From NCBI GenBank assembly GCA_965140785.1, contig OZ223475.1, positions 160,001-224,000 on the forward strand: DNA of 64,000 nt. Reading direction: 5' to 3'. Positions within the stretch are counted from its first letter, which is position 1. Each line of letters starts with the position of its first letter. Below are positions 30,536-41,779 of the stretch, piece after piece. The translations under genes and the position numbers were made by a program. This stretch comes from an uncultured Ruficoccus sp. (GTDB lineage: Bacteria; Verrucomicrobiota; Verrucomicrobiia; Opitutales; Cerasicoccaceae). Under the pieces are notes generated by a model. The model was not told the origin of the DNA. It did no database searches and saw only the letters and a program-made list of their open reading frames with translations.

Positions 30536-31657
30536 ATGGAATCCAAGGGCGTTATCTCACGGGCTTTCCTCTCCGATGGAAACCAGGAACGTTTGCGCAT
30601 GTTTTTCAGTAAGGCCGAGGCAGGAGAATCACTGACAGTGGGTGTTCTTGGTGGCTCGATCACTCAAGGAGCCGCTTGCTCAAATCCTGAATCTCGCTAC
30701 CATGGGGTGTTGCTTACATGGTTACGTAAGACGTTCCCAAACGCACAATTCAATCTTATCAATGCCGGTGTCGGTTCGACTGGTTCCGACTATGGTGCCT
30801 TGCGGGCGGAACGTGATCTCCTGTCCCGAAAACCAGATCTGGTGATTCTGGAATTCGGTGTTAACGACAAAACCCGCGATTACGCTGAAACATATGAGGG
30901 CTGCGTTCGACAAATCCTGAGTGCTCCGAATAAGCCGGCGCTCATCCTCCTGTTCATGATGTGGAAAGATGGGAGTAATGCCCAGGAGTGGCAGTCGAAA
31001 ATCGGATATCATTACCAACTGCCCATGATCAGTTATCGTGATGCTTTGTGGCCTGAAATTCAGGCAGGCCGTATTCGATGGACTGACATCAGTCCTGATA
31101 TCGTACACCCGAATCCGGTCGGGCACACTTTTGCGGGGGAGATTCTCTGTGCTTTTATGGAAAAGTCGTTACGCGCGGACAAACAGAACATATCGTCTTT
31201 TCACCCAAGCGTAGAGCTACCTTCGCCTCTGTTCAGTGATCTGTACGGAAACTGCGTATTGCTAGAGGGGGAGTCCTTGCAGCCGCTTGTGAACGAGGGA
31301 TGGGCTTTTGAATCCGGCCAAGATGGGACTCCGTCCGGTTGGACGAGTTCAAAGCCCGGCAGCGTTATTGAATTCGATGTTCCGGGCTGCATGATTCTAT
31401 TTTCATATTGGCGTACCCAAAAAGAACCCATGGGCAAGGCCACTGTAAGCATTGACGGAGGTGCCCCGGTCGTTGCTGACGGTTGGTTCAGTGAGAGTTG
31501 GGGTGGGAAACGTTGGACACTTCGCCTTTTGCCCGAACAGTCGTCCGATCTGCATCGTGTGCACATTGAGCTGGTCCAGGATAAAAATCCTCAAAGCGAA
31601 GGGCATGAATTCAAAATTCTCAGCATCGGTGGAGCTGGTGTGAATAGTTTTAATTAA
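30536..31657 (+). CDS. SGNH/GDSL hydrolase (probable carbohydrate esterase)
   Basis: GGSITQG, GVGSTGS, EFGVND, DIVHP; start uncertain, with a signal-peptide-like stretch in frame upstream. Confidence 0.85.
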   Translation: MESKGVISRAFLSDGNQERLRMFFSKAEAGESLTVGVLGGSITQGAACSNPESRYHGVLLTWLRKTFPNAQFNLINAGVGSTGSDYGALRAERDLLSRKPDLVILEFGVNDKTRDYAETYEGCVRQILSAPNKPALILLFMMWKDGSNAQEWQSKIGYHYQLPMISYRDALWPEIQAGRIRWTDISPDIVHPNPVGHTFAGEILCAFMEKSLRADKQNISSFHPSVELPSPLFSDLYGNCVLLEGESLQPLVNEGWAFESGQDGTPSGWTSSKPGSVIEFDVPGCMILFSYWRTQKEPMGKATVSIDGGAPVVADGWFSESWGGKRWTLRLLPEQSSDLHRVHIELVQDKNPQSEGHEFKILSIGGAGVNSFN

Positions 31658-31671
31658 AATCACCCTGTTAA

Positions 31672-34600
31672 ATGAAATTATATTTTCTGAATACGATTAT
31701 TTGTCTCGCTCTTGCGATTTTCTCATCGCCCGAAGCTTGGGCGTGGGGACTTCGAGTCGATCTCGACGGAAGCAGCGATGAAATGGAATTAACTCCAGCC
31801 AGGGCAGGCGGGGATAGTTCGTTGAAAAATGTCCTTTGGGGAGATCCCACGTACCAACAAAGTCATTTGTTTTTCCAGAGAAACAACCTCCCTGACGGCC
31901 AGGCGGCTGAACTCGAATTCAGCTTTGTTTCACACCAGAGCGGGTATGTGACGATACGCTTGAATGGATGTTGGAGTAGCGATCCGACTTCGGCTCAATG
32001 GGTCGTCTATACCGATGTAGAAGCGCACGGGGCCACAATCATAAACGGGGATTTCTCAGAACGTACTAGCAGTGGAAAATTAAAAAACTGGGCGCTGAGA
32101 AATAATGCTGCGCTTTTGACACAGGGGGTAAAGGCTCGGAATGAGGCATCGGTTTCGCAGCGATTCAAGGTTGAGGCAGGCAAGCCGGTAAAAATAAAGT
32201 TAGTTGCGCGTGAGGCTAGCCTGGATGACGAGATGGCTGTTGTTTTACCTCCCCCAGTGGCTATAACCTTTGAGCACGAGGGCTGGCAATTATCGATTGA
32301 TGGTGAGAACGGGGTTTGGAAGGATCTCAAATGGCAGGGATCGTCGCTTTATTCTAATCCCGCTGGATTGCCGCCATTTACACTCACTGGAGAGGAGACA
32401 TGGGGAGAGCGTCGATTGGTAGATCACTCTTTCGACTCAACCTCAGGCGTTGCGAGCATCATTACGTCCAATGGAGATTGGACTTTCGAGGAACGCCTCA
32501 CTCTCGGAAAACGTCTCAAGCGAGAAGTCATGGTTACCTTCAATGGGGGGCAGCCGGTGAAGTTCAAAAATCTGCACTTTTACTTCTACCTGCCCAAGGC
32601 TGGCAGCTATTATTTCCCGGGTTCATTGTTCGGGGATACTCGTCACTACATGGCCATGGCGGATAAGCCGCCCTGCGAGGCTGAGGATTCCGGAGAACTA
32701 AGCGAAATGAAAGACGGATCCATCGTTAAGGGCATCTATAACTGCTACTTCTCATTTATAGAGCAGACGCCTTCCCGGACTTTGATGTTTACTTTCGATG
32801 GTGGTCGGGAACAAACCCGCGCATCATTTCAAGCTGCTAAAAATTACGTCAGGGGCGATACTTACGTGAAAGCCATGGGCTGGGCAATGCCGGGAGTGCC
32901 TCAGCTCATTGGGCCCGCCTACATTGAAATTTTTGATGGGGACGTTCAGGCGGCATTAAAAAAGGCTCCTCATGCTTGGTTCAGGGATGTCGGCATGCTT
33001 CCGCCAGCGGATCGTCCAGATTGGGTTAGAGATGTTACCTCACTCTGGGTTTTCTGCCCGTCTCCCTATTTTGGAGGAGTGGACGGCTTGCGGGGAGCCA
33101 CCGAGGAAATGATACCTTACGCCAAGAAGCGTGGCGCCAACACCTTTTGGTTACTCCCCATGTATAAGACGTCTTGGCCATATGCTGTGCGCGATTATTA
33201 CCAATTTCGTCCAGATGTGGGCTCTTATGACGACTATAGAGCATTTCTACGGAGTGCCAAAGCTAACGGATTTCGCGTCTGGCAGGACATTGTTCCGCAT
33301 GGTGGCAGCGTTAAATATGGGCCTGAGCGCGGCGTAAGTCCGTTTACGGTATCGATTGCAGAAAACGGGGAGTTTGTGCAGGCTCTATGCTATGACTACG
33401 CCTCCTCTGAATGGAGAGAGTATATTGGCGATGTCGCCTCCTATTATACAAAGAATTTCGATATAGACGGGTTCAGAATCGACCAGCCCAGCTTTTCGCC
33501 AATGAATTGGCGTCGTCCTGGGTTCCCGTTGAAAGCCCCGAAGAACGGAGATGCCGAATGGTGGAATGATGCGGTCGCTGAGAACGGTGGTGACATTCCG
33601 CCCGTCGAGGGACAACGAGGCAGTTCTTCCTTGGTCGAGGGGGGGACGCTGATAACAAAAGAAATCCGCGATTCTGTTCGGGAAAACAAGCCTGAGGGCG
33701 CAGTTTTAGCCGAAACGGGGAACATCTCGTGCGCTCTCACTGGCGATGCGATTTTCGATTTTTATATCCGTCGAGTAGGCTTGAAGATGCCCCTCTTTGA
33801 TGGCGAAGCCACCGCCCGCGAGTTGGCACGGTACCTTGAGGAGCAGCAGCTTACGGATCCACCTGACACCATCCGCGTACGTTTTTTCGAGGTTCATGAC
33901 GCGGATCAACAGCGCTTTACAAACTGGTGCGGGCAGAATGCGGGCCAGGCTCTCCGGAGTACGATCTACTGGAGTAAGGGGATGCCACAGGTGCTGGCTC
34001 ATTCCGATGTGGGCATGGGGGCACTTCTTCAGCGCCTGAACGCTATTCGCACTGCGCTTCCCGAATTACGCCGAGGCGAGGCAGAGTACCAGGCGGTAGG
34101 GAGCTCTCCGTCGGTTTTCGCTGTGCTGCGATCAATGCCTAATTCATCTTCGATTGGCATAACCAGTTTTTTGCCTGAAGAAATCAAAACTACGCTAGAA
34201 ATCCCTATTGAGAAGCTCGGTTTCACTCCAAATAGCGAAGTCGTGCTCTATAATACTTGGACGGGAGAGACTCTGGGGGAAGGAAGGCTTGAAAGCTTTA
34301 GGCAATTAGAGCTGGAACTGCCCGCCTATGGTAACGCAGTGCTGACTTGGCGTCCTGTCGGCGAGCCATGTCCCTTGCCGTCCTCCGAACCGCTCGACTT
34401 TACGACGCCTTCGGCGCAGTCCTTGAAACTGAAGGAAAATGCCGACGAATTTGTGATCGAGGGTGCGAAAAAGCTCGTCATCGACCGTAACAGCGGCCTC
34501 CTGAAGCAGTTTGGGGATTGGCTGGACGGCTCATCCATTCTCTCCGACCAAGCATTGCTAGATGCACCGGCAAATGTCGTTGCCAAGATTGAAAACGGCG

Positions 34601-36228
34601 TTGCGACCGTTACTGCCAATCTTGCCTGTGGCGCGAATATTCGTTATGAATTAAGAGGTTCTGAATTGGAGATCACAGGTTCCCTTGAAAATTTCTCGAT
34701 AAAAGAACGGATGGCATTTGTATTGTCTGCAACCAATGCCAAGCGCTGGCAGGTCAACAGTATCGAGGGCAAGCTCGACGATTTTATTGACAAGAGCATC
34801 ATTGAACTGGACTCCCGGGCTTTCCTGCCGGTGTATAATCAGTCTTATCGGCCTAACGGGTCTCCGATCCTCTGGCACTCCGAGATCAAGCCGCTGAATC
34901 CATCTGCACCTTACGTTCGGATATTTGATGAAGATCGAAAAGGTTTTGAAATCCAATTGGATTCTCCGCTTTCGACCGGCTATGATGACATGATGTTGCT
35001 GAGCAAGCTTCCTGGTGATCCCGGGCTTCATGCCGCGATCTTCTGGGTACAACCCGGCCCCTTAAGTCTGGCTGACACGCCGGGGCCGCGCACGTTCAAG
35101 GTAGTCATCCGTCCAGCCGCAAAGAAAATTCCCTTTGTTCCCGCAATTGTGGACGGTGTGGAAATCTCGCATGAAAGTATGTTTTGGCGTTTGAAAAATG
35201 CGGAATACACATTACGCCTGACAAGAAATGGCGGGGCTATAAAGACGTTAGTCGGGAAAAAAGGAGGTCCCGTTTTTTCCGACCAGGATATCATCATCGT
35301 CGATCCGGAACTGAGGGCCACCCTCGATCTGGAAACGGGTGTCAGATGTTTTTCTGAGGATGGGAAACTCAAGCTAAGATTTCTGTCTGCATTAAGAAAC
35401 GGGGCGAATCAGGGGTTACCTTCTCCGCCGATTTGGGCCGTTACTGAATATTCGTTGGATGCTACCGAACAAGTGGTCCAGTCATTGAAAGTTTATGTCG
35501 ATTCTCCTACGCCCTGTTTCCCATCCTCCTCATCTCCACTCGAAGAGGTGCAGGTGGCCTATGTGGCCAGGCAGGGTTCCAAAAGCATCGAAATTCCTAT
35601 TCTAGATGAGAGCGGCAATCTGCCAGTTCGAGAATTCCTCGATTTTACCGCAGTTATTTCGGCTTCCGGGGATTTTCAGGTAAGTCCTATCCATACGTCC
35701 AAGGCCGACACGCTGGATTGGAAACGCTACTTCCAAATGAATTCCACGGGGTCCGCCGGGCCACTTCCACTCATGATAGCTTCGTCCACACCCGGAAACG
35801 CATTACTTGTCTGGAACTCGAGCGATACTCGTTTTGCTCCGGGTCATTCGGCGCCTGCGGCTATTGAAACAAGAATGCCGGGTTTTTCATATTTCGGCCC
35901 CTATGTCGATCTGAAGCCCGGCAAGTACCTCCTGAAAACGTGGATTAAAGGGAAGAATATAACGATAGAAAAAGGAAATGCTTTTGTGGAGTTACGCTTG
36001 GATTGGTTTCGTGACGGAAAGGTCATCCATAAGCTCAAGCGCTTTGAGATTCCTCAGGGTTCGTTCGATTGGCAACCTTTTGAGGCGGAGCTCGACGTAG
36101 AAGAGGGTACGACTATGCCCGTTGCGATAATTCTTAGGACATCCTTCGACTCCTATGGTGAAGGAACGATTTGGGCGGATCTTCCACAATGGGAAACAAT
36201 CCCCTCAGAAGGGATGGAAGACCAATAA
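31672..36228 (+). CDS. Large secreted multidomain protein with GH13 (alpha-amylase)-like catalytic domain
   Basis: YAVRDYY, QDIVPHG, DGFRIDQ, VLAE, EVHD; CBM-like modules at both ends. Confidence 0.75.
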   Translation: MKLYFLNTIICLALAIFSSPEAWAWGLRVDLDGSSDEMELTPARAGGDSSLKNVLWGDPTYQQSHLFFQRNNLPDGQAAELEFSFVSHQSGYVTIRLNGCWSSDPTSAQWVVYTDVEAHGATIINGDFSERTSSGKLKNWALRNNAALLTQGVKARNEASVSQRFKVEAGKPVKIKLVAREASLDDEMAVVLPPPVAITFEHEGWQLSIDGENGVWKDLKWQGSSLYSNPAGLPPFTLTGEETWGERRLVDHSFDSTSGVASIITSNGDWTFEERLTLGKRLKREVMVTFNGGQPVKFKNLHFYFYLPKAGSYYFPGSLFGDTRHYMAMADKPPCEAEDSGELSEMKDGSIVKGIYNCYFSFIEQTPSRTLMFTFDGGREQTRASFQAAKNYVRGDTYVKAMGWAMPGVPQLIGPAYIEIFDGDVQAALKKAPHAWFRDVGMLPPADRPDWVRDVTSLWVFCPSPYFGGVDGLRGATEEMIPYAKKRGANTFWLLPMYKTSWPYAVRDYYQFRPDVGSYDDYRAFLRSAKANGFRVWQDIVPHGGSVKYGPERGVSPFTVSIAENGEFVQALCYDYASSEWREYIGDVASYYTKNFDIDGFRIDQPSFSPMNWRRPGFPLKAPKNGDAEWWNDAVAENGGDIPPVEGQRGSSSLVEGGTLITKEIRDSVRENKPEGAVLAETGNISCALTGDAIFDFYIRRVGLKMPLFDGEATARELARYLEEQQLTDPPDTIRVRFFEVHDADQQRFTNWCGQNAGQALRSTIYWSKGMPQVLAHSDVGMGALLQRLNAIRTALPELRRGEAEYQAVGSSPSVFAVLRSMPNSSSIGITSFLPEEIKTTLEIPIEKLGFTPNSEVVLYNTWTGETLGEGRLESFRQLELELPAYGNAVLTWRPVGEPCPLPSSEPLDFTTPSAQSLKLKENADEFVIEGAKKLVIDRNSGLLKQFGDWLDGSSILSDQALLDAPANVVAKIENGVATVTANLACGANIRYELRGSELEITGSLENFSIKERMAFVLSATNAKRWQVNSIEGKLDDFIDKSIIELDSRAFLPVYNQSYRPNGSPILWHSEIKPLNPSAPYVRIFDEDRKGFEIQLDSPLSTGYDDMMLLSKLPGDPGLHAAIFWVQPGPLSLADTPGPRTFKVVIRPAAKKIPFVPAIVDGVEISHESMFWRLKNAEYTLRLTRNGGAIKTLVGKKGGPVFSDQDIIIVDPELRATLDLETGVRCFSEDGKLKLRFLSALRNGANQGLPSPPIWAVTEYSLDATEQVVQSLKVYVDSPTPCFPSSSSPLEEVQVAYVARQGSKSIEIPILDESGNLPVREFLDFTAVISASGDFQVSPIHTSKADTLDWKRYFQMNSTGSAGPLPLMIASSTPGNALLVWNSSDTRFAPGHSAPAAIETRMPGFSYFGPYVDLKPGKYLLKTWIKGKNITIEKGNAFVELRLDWFRDGKVIHKLKRFEIPQGSFDWQPFEAELDVEEGTTMPVAIILRTSFDSYGEGTIWADLPQWETIPSEGMEDQ

Positions 36229-36298
36229 GTCTAATTTCATAAGCAGTTTGTTATTTCGCGAAAAATTAAAACAACAATTAATCATTGATATGGATTAT

Positions 36299-38440
36299 AT
36301 GAAACATCCGTTTGTACTGGGTGTAATGTACTGGCCAAATCCCAGCGCTACTGCTCAAACGCTTCTGGCCGATATGAAGCGCATTCGGGAGAACAGCTTC
36401 ACTGTGATCCGTTCGTTCATCTCGTGGGAGCATCTGGAAGAAACGCAAGGCACTTTCGATTTTTCGCTGTATGACAATCTCTATGCGGCTGCGAAGGAAG
36501 CTGGCATCGGCATTGCGCAGACCCTTGGCATCTATCCGCCGTTTTGGATGAGGGCCGAATTGAGTCAAAAAGGACTCCTGGTGAATGACCGCTACCAGTG
36601 CCTTGACATACCGGATTTCAGTGAGCCTTGTTCGCGGTTTGTTCGTGCTGTCGTCGATCGCTATAAGGATCATCCCGCTCAATTCATGTGGTTCGTCTGG
36701 AACGAGCCCGAGAAGGCAGCGTGTGCTTGTCCCTATACTGAGAAAAAGTTCGGGCACTGGCTTTATGAAAAATATGGGACGATCGAAAATCTCCGAGCAG
36801 AGTGGGGCAAGGAACACCATATTTTTAACTCTACGTTGGCACCAGCGAGTTTTGAGGACATTAACCTTCCCTTACTTGCTTCGACTTTATTTCCGGAAAA
36901 ACGTAATTATGCCTGGGTGCTTGATTGGTTGGCCTTTTCGCAGGACAACCTTGCTGAGAACATCCGTTGGCTCTCTGACGAAGTCCACTCGATTGATAAT
37001 ATTCATCCTACGCACGCCAATCCATCCTTATTGCTTTGGAACGGTACCTTTCGGGGGCAAAATCCCTGGAAAGCGGCATCTGTGATTGACAGCGTTGGTG
37101 TATCCATTCACCCCTGCCACCATTTCGAACGGGCTCTTGATACCAACGATCCGCAGATTTTCGACAGAAATATTGCTTATGCCTACGTGAACGACCTCGT
37201 GCGCAGTGCTGCCTCTGGCAAGGATTGGTGGGTCTCTGAATTACAGGCAGGAGCGAATATCAACTCCGGCAACAAGCCTTTCAACGTTTCGGCAGCCGAT
37301 ATTCGTCAATGGATTTTACAAGCTGTCGCCAAGGGGGCCAGCGGTCTTCTTTTCTGGCTTTGGCAGGCATGGCGCAGTTCATGGGAATGCGGTGAGTTCA
37401 GTCTTGTGAATGGAGTGGATGGTACAGATACCGAACGCTCACGGGCTGCGGCCGAGGTTGGTTTGTTTCTAAAAAAACACGAGAAGCTTTTTTCCCACGC
37501 CCATCCTGTTCCGGCAAAAGTTGCCATCTTGTATTCGCCCGAATCACAGGCTCTGGCGTATCGGGAAAACAAAAGTGAGTGGTCAACCCGCGCGATGTTC
37601 GGTTGCTACTCCGCGCTATGGCGCAACAATATTAAAGCTGACTTTATTACACCCGACGACATCGCGGCAGGAATACTTGACCCCGTGCGTTATAAAGTCC
37701 TCTACGCACCATACGCTAAAGTCATAACTGCCGAAACTGGAGCGAGTATTGCGCACTATGTCCACGGAGGCGGTGCCCTCTGGGCAGATGGGCATTTCGC
37801 ATTTCGCGGTGCTCATTCTCATCTGCACGATACTAATCCTGGGGCAGGTCTTAGCGAGGTATTCGGGTGCAAGGAAGAGGATATTATGGTGGAGGATGGT
37901 TATTTTCAATTTTCGACGATTGGTTCCTCTGATACTGATGAGTGTAATAAAGTTCAGGGATGGCTCTTTCGACAGAGATTAACTGCCCTATCCCCTAATG
38001 CCCATATCTGTGCCCGCTATGCTGACGGTAGTGCAGCAGCTATTTCCAACGACGGATTTGGTAACGGTCGTAGTCTCATGGTTGGTACGTATTTATGTAT
38101 TGGATACCAGAGGCGGGCCGATGGAGGGGCCGAATCTTTGATTGTTGATTTCGCGAAGGAATGCGGTGTCGAGCCGTGCTTGAATATTTCAGGCGATTTT
38201 CTGGAAGTTAACGTACTACAAGCTCCTTTATACGATATCATTGTCGCGACGAATCACACTGCTGAAACAGCGAGTGCGAGTATTACAGTCAGCCCATTGG
38301 CTGGATGCACATGTGCGCTCGATCTCAAGTCAGGCAAAGATGTGCCATTTCGTGGCCCAAAAGCAAATGTGATAGCACTTCAGTTGGATGCTTGTGATAC
38401 CAGCGTTTTTCTCGTCAAAAAAGCGGAATACATGGACTAA
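36299..38440 (+). CDS. GH42-like beta-galactosidase with trimerisation domain
   Basis: WEHLEETQGTFDF, WNEP, VSELQ, LFWLW, LSEVFG; start 36290 or 36299. Confidence 0.85.
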   Translation: MKHPFVLGVMYWPNPSATAQTLLADMKRIRENSFTVIRSFISWEHLEETQGTFDFSLYDNLYAAAKEAGIGIAQTLGIYPPFWMRAELSQKGLLVNDRYQCLDIPDFSEPCSRFVRAVVDRYKDHPAQFMWFVWNEPEKAACACPYTEKKFGHWLYEKYGTIENLRAEWGKEHHIFNSTLAPASFEDINLPLLASTLFPEKRNYAWVLDWLAFSQDNLAENIRWLSDEVHSIDNIHPTHANPSLLLWNGTFRGQNPWKAASVIDSVGVSIHPCHHFERALDTNDPQIFDRNIAYAYVNDLVRSAASGKDWWVSELQAGANINSGNKPFNVSAADIRQWILQAVAKGASGLLFWLWQAWRSSWECGEFSLVNGVDGTDTERSRAAAEVGLFLKKHEKLFSHAHPVPAKVAILYSPESQALAYRENKSEWSTRAMFGCYSALWRNNIKADFITPDDIAAGILDPVRYKVLYAPYAKVITAETGASIAHYVHGGGALWADGHFAFRGAHSHLHDTNPGAGLSEVFGCKEEDIMVEDGYFQFSTIGSSDTDECNKVQGWLFRQRLTALSPNAHICARYADGSAAAISNDGFGNGRSLMVGTYLCIGYQRRADGGAESLIVDFAKECGVEPCLNISGDFLEVNVLQAPLYDIIVATNHTAETASASITVSPLAGCTCALDLKSGKDVPFRGPKANVIALQLDACDTSVFLVKKAEYMD

Positions 38441-38488
38441 ATGTCCCGGGCGATGGGAGTTTTATCTCACTACTGATTTAAATCGTTG

Positions 38489-39418
38489 ATGAAATCTGAA
38501 TCAAACATACTTGGCCTAGGCTATTGCGGATGGGACACGCTGTGTCTGCTGCCGCGCATTCCGCTGGATGACAAGGTGCAGATCATTGAGCGCGTGGAGC
38601 AAGGGGGCGGTCCGGCGGCGACGGCTATGGTTGCGTCGGCTCGGCTTGGTACGAAAGCGGCGTTCATGGGTGTGATCGGCGATGACTCAGTCGGTGAGAC
38701 TATCATGAACGATTTTGCGGCTGAGAAAGTCGCGACCGGATTGGTCGTAAAGCGTGACGGAGCGTCTTCAGCGACAGCCACCTGCTGGGTGGATCAATCC
38801 ACCGGTAAGCGCAGCATCGCCTGGACGCATGGCGGCGCGGCCCCGCTCAAAGCTGAAGAGGTTGGCGAAGAGGTTGTTCTCTCCGCCCGTGCGCTTCATC
38901 TGGACGGGCACCAGACGCAGGCGGCGATTCGCGCGGCGCAGATCGCCCACGCGCATGGCATTCCGGTTTTTCTGGATGCCGGGACGCTGGTCGAGGACAT
39001 TGAAACGCTGCTACCGCTGTGTACGGTTGTGATCGCCTCGGAGGTCTTTGCGAAAAAGTTTACCGGCGAGAAAGACCCGAACGAAGCCATCCAAGCGCTG
39101 TATCGGCTTGGGCCGAGATGGACGGCGGTGACGCTCGGTCGCAAGGGCTCGGTTGGCTTCGATGGGGAGCGTATCCAAAAAATCCCTACACCCGATGTCG
39201 AGGTGGTGGATACGACCGGCGCGGGCGATGTCTTCCACGGCGCTTTTGCCGCGCGCTATGTAGAAACGATGGACGGTCAGCCGGAGTTTGATGATTGCCT
39301 GCGCTTTGCCTCAGCGGTGGCGGCCATGAAGTGCCGCAAGCTCGGGGGTCGCGCCGGTATCCCCAGCCGCGAGGAAGCCCTCACCTTTATGAAAAGCGCG
39401 ACGGCACCATCTCTTTAA
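38489..39418 (+). CDS. PfkB-family carbohydrate kinase
   Basis: GGGPAATA, VVDTTGAGDVFHG. Confidence 0.93.
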   Translation: MKSESNILGLGYCGWDTLCLLPRIPLDDKVQIIERVEQGGGPAATAMVASARLGTKAAFMGVIGDDSVGETIMNDFAAEKVATGLVVKRDGASSATATCWVDQSTGKRSIAWTHGGAAPLKAEEVGEEVVLSARALHLDGHQTQAAIRAAQIAHAHGIPVFLDAGTLVEDIETLLPLCTVVIASEVFAKKFTGEKDPNEAIQALYRLGPRWTAVTLGRKGSVGFDGERIQKIPTPDVEVVDTTGAGDVFHGAFAARYVETMDGQPEFDDCLRFASAVAAMKCRKLGGRAGIPSREEALTFMKSATAPSL

Positions 39419-39436
39419 ACACACACGACTTTTATC

Positions 39437-40231
39437 ATGACGCATTTAATAAAAACCCCTGCCGCAGACGGCTTTAACCGCATCTTTAACATCGGCGAAA
39501 AAGGCATGGCGATGACCGGCTTTGGGCTACTCAAGCTCGCCCCCGGCGAAAGCTGGTCGGTCAACTCCGGTGACAAGGAACTGGCGCTCGTCGTGCTCGG
39601 AGGAACCTGCAACGCAGAGGCGGGCGGCAAGGACTTTGGCGTGATCGGCGGTCGCAAGGACGTCTTTTCTGGCGATCCGTACACGCTGTACGTTCCGGCC
39701 AATTGCGAGGTTAAATTGATCGGCGAGAGCGCGGTGGAAATCGCTGTGGCCGAGTCGCCGAGGGACCAGGCGGGCGAGGCGATCCTGGTCACGCCGGACG
39801 AGGTCAAGGGCTCGCGCATGACGCTAGGCAAGGACAACTACCAGCGCGAGGCGGTCATCATGATCGGGGACAAGTTCCCGACGCAGCACTTTTTCGTGGG
39901 CGAGGCCTGGGTGCCGTCCGGCAACTGGGGCAGCTACCCGCCGCATCGCCACGACTTTCACAACCCGCCGACCGAGCTGGATATGGAGGAGCTTTACTTC
40001 TACCGCTTCAACCCGGACACAGGCTTCGGGCTGCAACTGATCTACGCCGACGGCCTCAAGTCCGACGACGGTTACCCGATCCGCCACAACGACACCATCG
40101 TCATCCCCGAGGGCTACCATCCGGCGGTCAATGCGCCCGGCTACACCATGTATTTCCTGTGGGTCATGACGGGGCACGAGCGCGGCTTCAAGCGCGTCGA
40201 AGATCCCACCCACGCGGAGCGCCTCAAGTAA
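39437..40231 (+). CDS. iolB: 5-deoxy-glucuronate isomerase (IolB/KduI family)
   Basis: GNWGSYPPHRHD, EELYFY, GFGLQ, GYHP, PGYTMYFLW. Confidence 0.88.
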   Translation: MTHLIKTPAADGFNRIFNIGEKGMAMTGFGLLKLAPGESWSVNSGDKELALVVLGGTCNAEAGGKDFGVIGGRKDVFSGDPYTLYVPANCEVKLIGESAVEIAVAESPRDQAGEAILVTPDEVKGSRMTLGKDNYQREAVIMIGDKFPTQHFFVGEAWVPSGNWGSYPPHRHDFHNPPTELDMEELYFYRFNPDTGFGLQLIYADGLKSDDGYPIRHNDTIVIPEGYHPAVNAPGYTMYFLWVMTGHERGFKRVEDPTHAERLK

Positions 40232-40237
40232 CGAACG

Positions 40238-41734
40238 ATGTATCTGCTCGGCATAGATATCGGCACCAGCGGCTGTAAAGTCACCGCGATGGACGCGGCG
40301 GGTGTCGTGCACGGCGAGGGTTTCGCTGAGTACGAAACCGCGCAGCCGCATCCCGGATGGGCTGAGCAGAACCCCGAGGACTGGTGTGTGGCGATGCGTG
40401 CTTGCCTTGATCAACTGCGCGAAAAGATCGATCTGAAAAAGGTCGATGCCATCGCCGTCGACGGCTCCACACACAACGCCGTGCTGCTCGATAAGAACAT
40501 GCAGCCGGTGCGCCCGGTTATCATGTGGACCGACCAGCGCAGCGCAGCCGAGGCCGCCGAGCTCAACGCTGAGCACGGCGAGCTGATTTTCAAGACCGCC
40601 TACCAAATGGCCGCGCCGACCTGGACCCTGCCGCAAATGCTCTGGCTGAGTCGTCACGAGCCGGAGGCGTTGCGCAAGACCGAGCACATGCTCTTTGTGA
40701 AAGATTACGTGCGCTGGCGCCTCACCGCCGTATGCTGTACCGATAATATCGAGGCGCAGGGCACGCTCTTTTTTGACATGGCGCGGCGGGACTGGTCCGA
40801 GTCACTCTGCGAGCTGGCGGGCATACGGCGCGAGATTTTGCCCGACCTCGTCAGCCCGACCACGGTGACGGGTACCATCACTGAGCAGGCCGCCCGCGAG
40901 TTTGGGTTGCCGACTGGTATCCCGGTGGTGTGTGGCTCTTCGGACGTAGCGGTGGAGGACTACGCGGCGGGTGCGATTGAGCCGGGCAGCATGATCCTGA
41001 AACTCGCCACGGCGGGCAATGTCAACGTCATGACGGACCAGCCCGTGCCCAACGCTCGCACACTGACCTACTCGCATGTGGTGCCGGGGCTGTGGTTCAC
41101 GGCGGTGGCGACGAGCTCGTCGGCCCGTTCGCAGCGTTGGTTCCGCGACCTCTTTGGCCAGGCCGAGATCGACGAGGCCGCCCGCACGGGCCGACGCGTT
41201 TACGACCTGATGGATGAGGCCGCTGCGCGTTCGAGCGCTGGGGCCAATGGCCTATTTTTTCATCCGTATCTTTTAGGTGAACGCGCCCCCTACTGGGATC
41301 CGCAGCTGCGGGCAAGCTTCGTCGGGGCGACCATGCGTCACACGCGAGACGACTTTATACGCGCCCTTCTGGAGGGCGTGGTCTTTTCCCTGCGCGACTG
41401 CTTCCGGCTGGTCGAGGAGATGCAGCTGCCCGTGAATGAATTGCGCCTGATCGGCGGCGGTGCCAGGAGCGAGCTGTGGACGCAAATCGTGGCCGATGTC
41501 TTCGGGCGCGAGATCATCCGGCCCTCGGGCTGCGATGCCTCCTACGGCTCCTGTCTGCTGGCGGGCGTCGGTACCGGCGTTTTTAGCGACGAACGCGATG
41601 CGGTGAAAAAATGCCTGCGCGAACGCGAGCCGGTTAAGCCGCAGCCGGGCAGCGTCGAGCGCTACGCCAAAGCCTTTCCTTTGTACACACGCATCCACGA
41701 CGTGCTGGCGGATGTTTACCGTGAGATCGACTAA
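40238..41734 (+). CDS. FGGY-family sugar kinase (xylulokinase-like)
   Basis: GIDIGTSG, AEQNPEDW, WTDQR, PYLLGERAP, GGGARS. Confidence 0.92.
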   Translation: MYLLGIDIGTSGCKVTAMDAAGVVHGEGFAEYETAQPHPGWAEQNPEDWCVAMRACLDQLREKIDLKKVDAIAVDGSTHNAVLLDKNMQPVRPVIMWTDQRSAAEAAELNAEHGELIFKTAYQMAAPTWTLPQMLWLSRHEPEALRKTEHMLFVKDYVRWRLTAVCCTDNIEAQGTLFFDMARRDWSESLCELAGIRREILPDLVSPTTVTGTITEQAAREFGLPTGIPVVCGSSDVAVEDYAAGAIEPGSMILKLATAGNVNVMTDQPVPNARTLTYSHVVPGLWFTAVATSSSARSQRWFRDLFGQAEIDEAARTGRRVYDLMDEAAARSSAGANGLFFHPYLLGERAPYWDPQLRASFVGATMRHTRDDFIRALLEGVVFSLRDCFRLVEEMQLPVNELRLIGGGARSELWTQIVADVFGREIIRPSGCDASYGSCLLAGVGTGVFSDERDAVKKCLREREPVKPQPGSVERYAKAFPLYTRIHDVLADVYREID

Positions 41735-41779
41735 CGAGCGCCGGGCACGCGGCCTTTAATCCAAAGAAAGAAAAATCCT

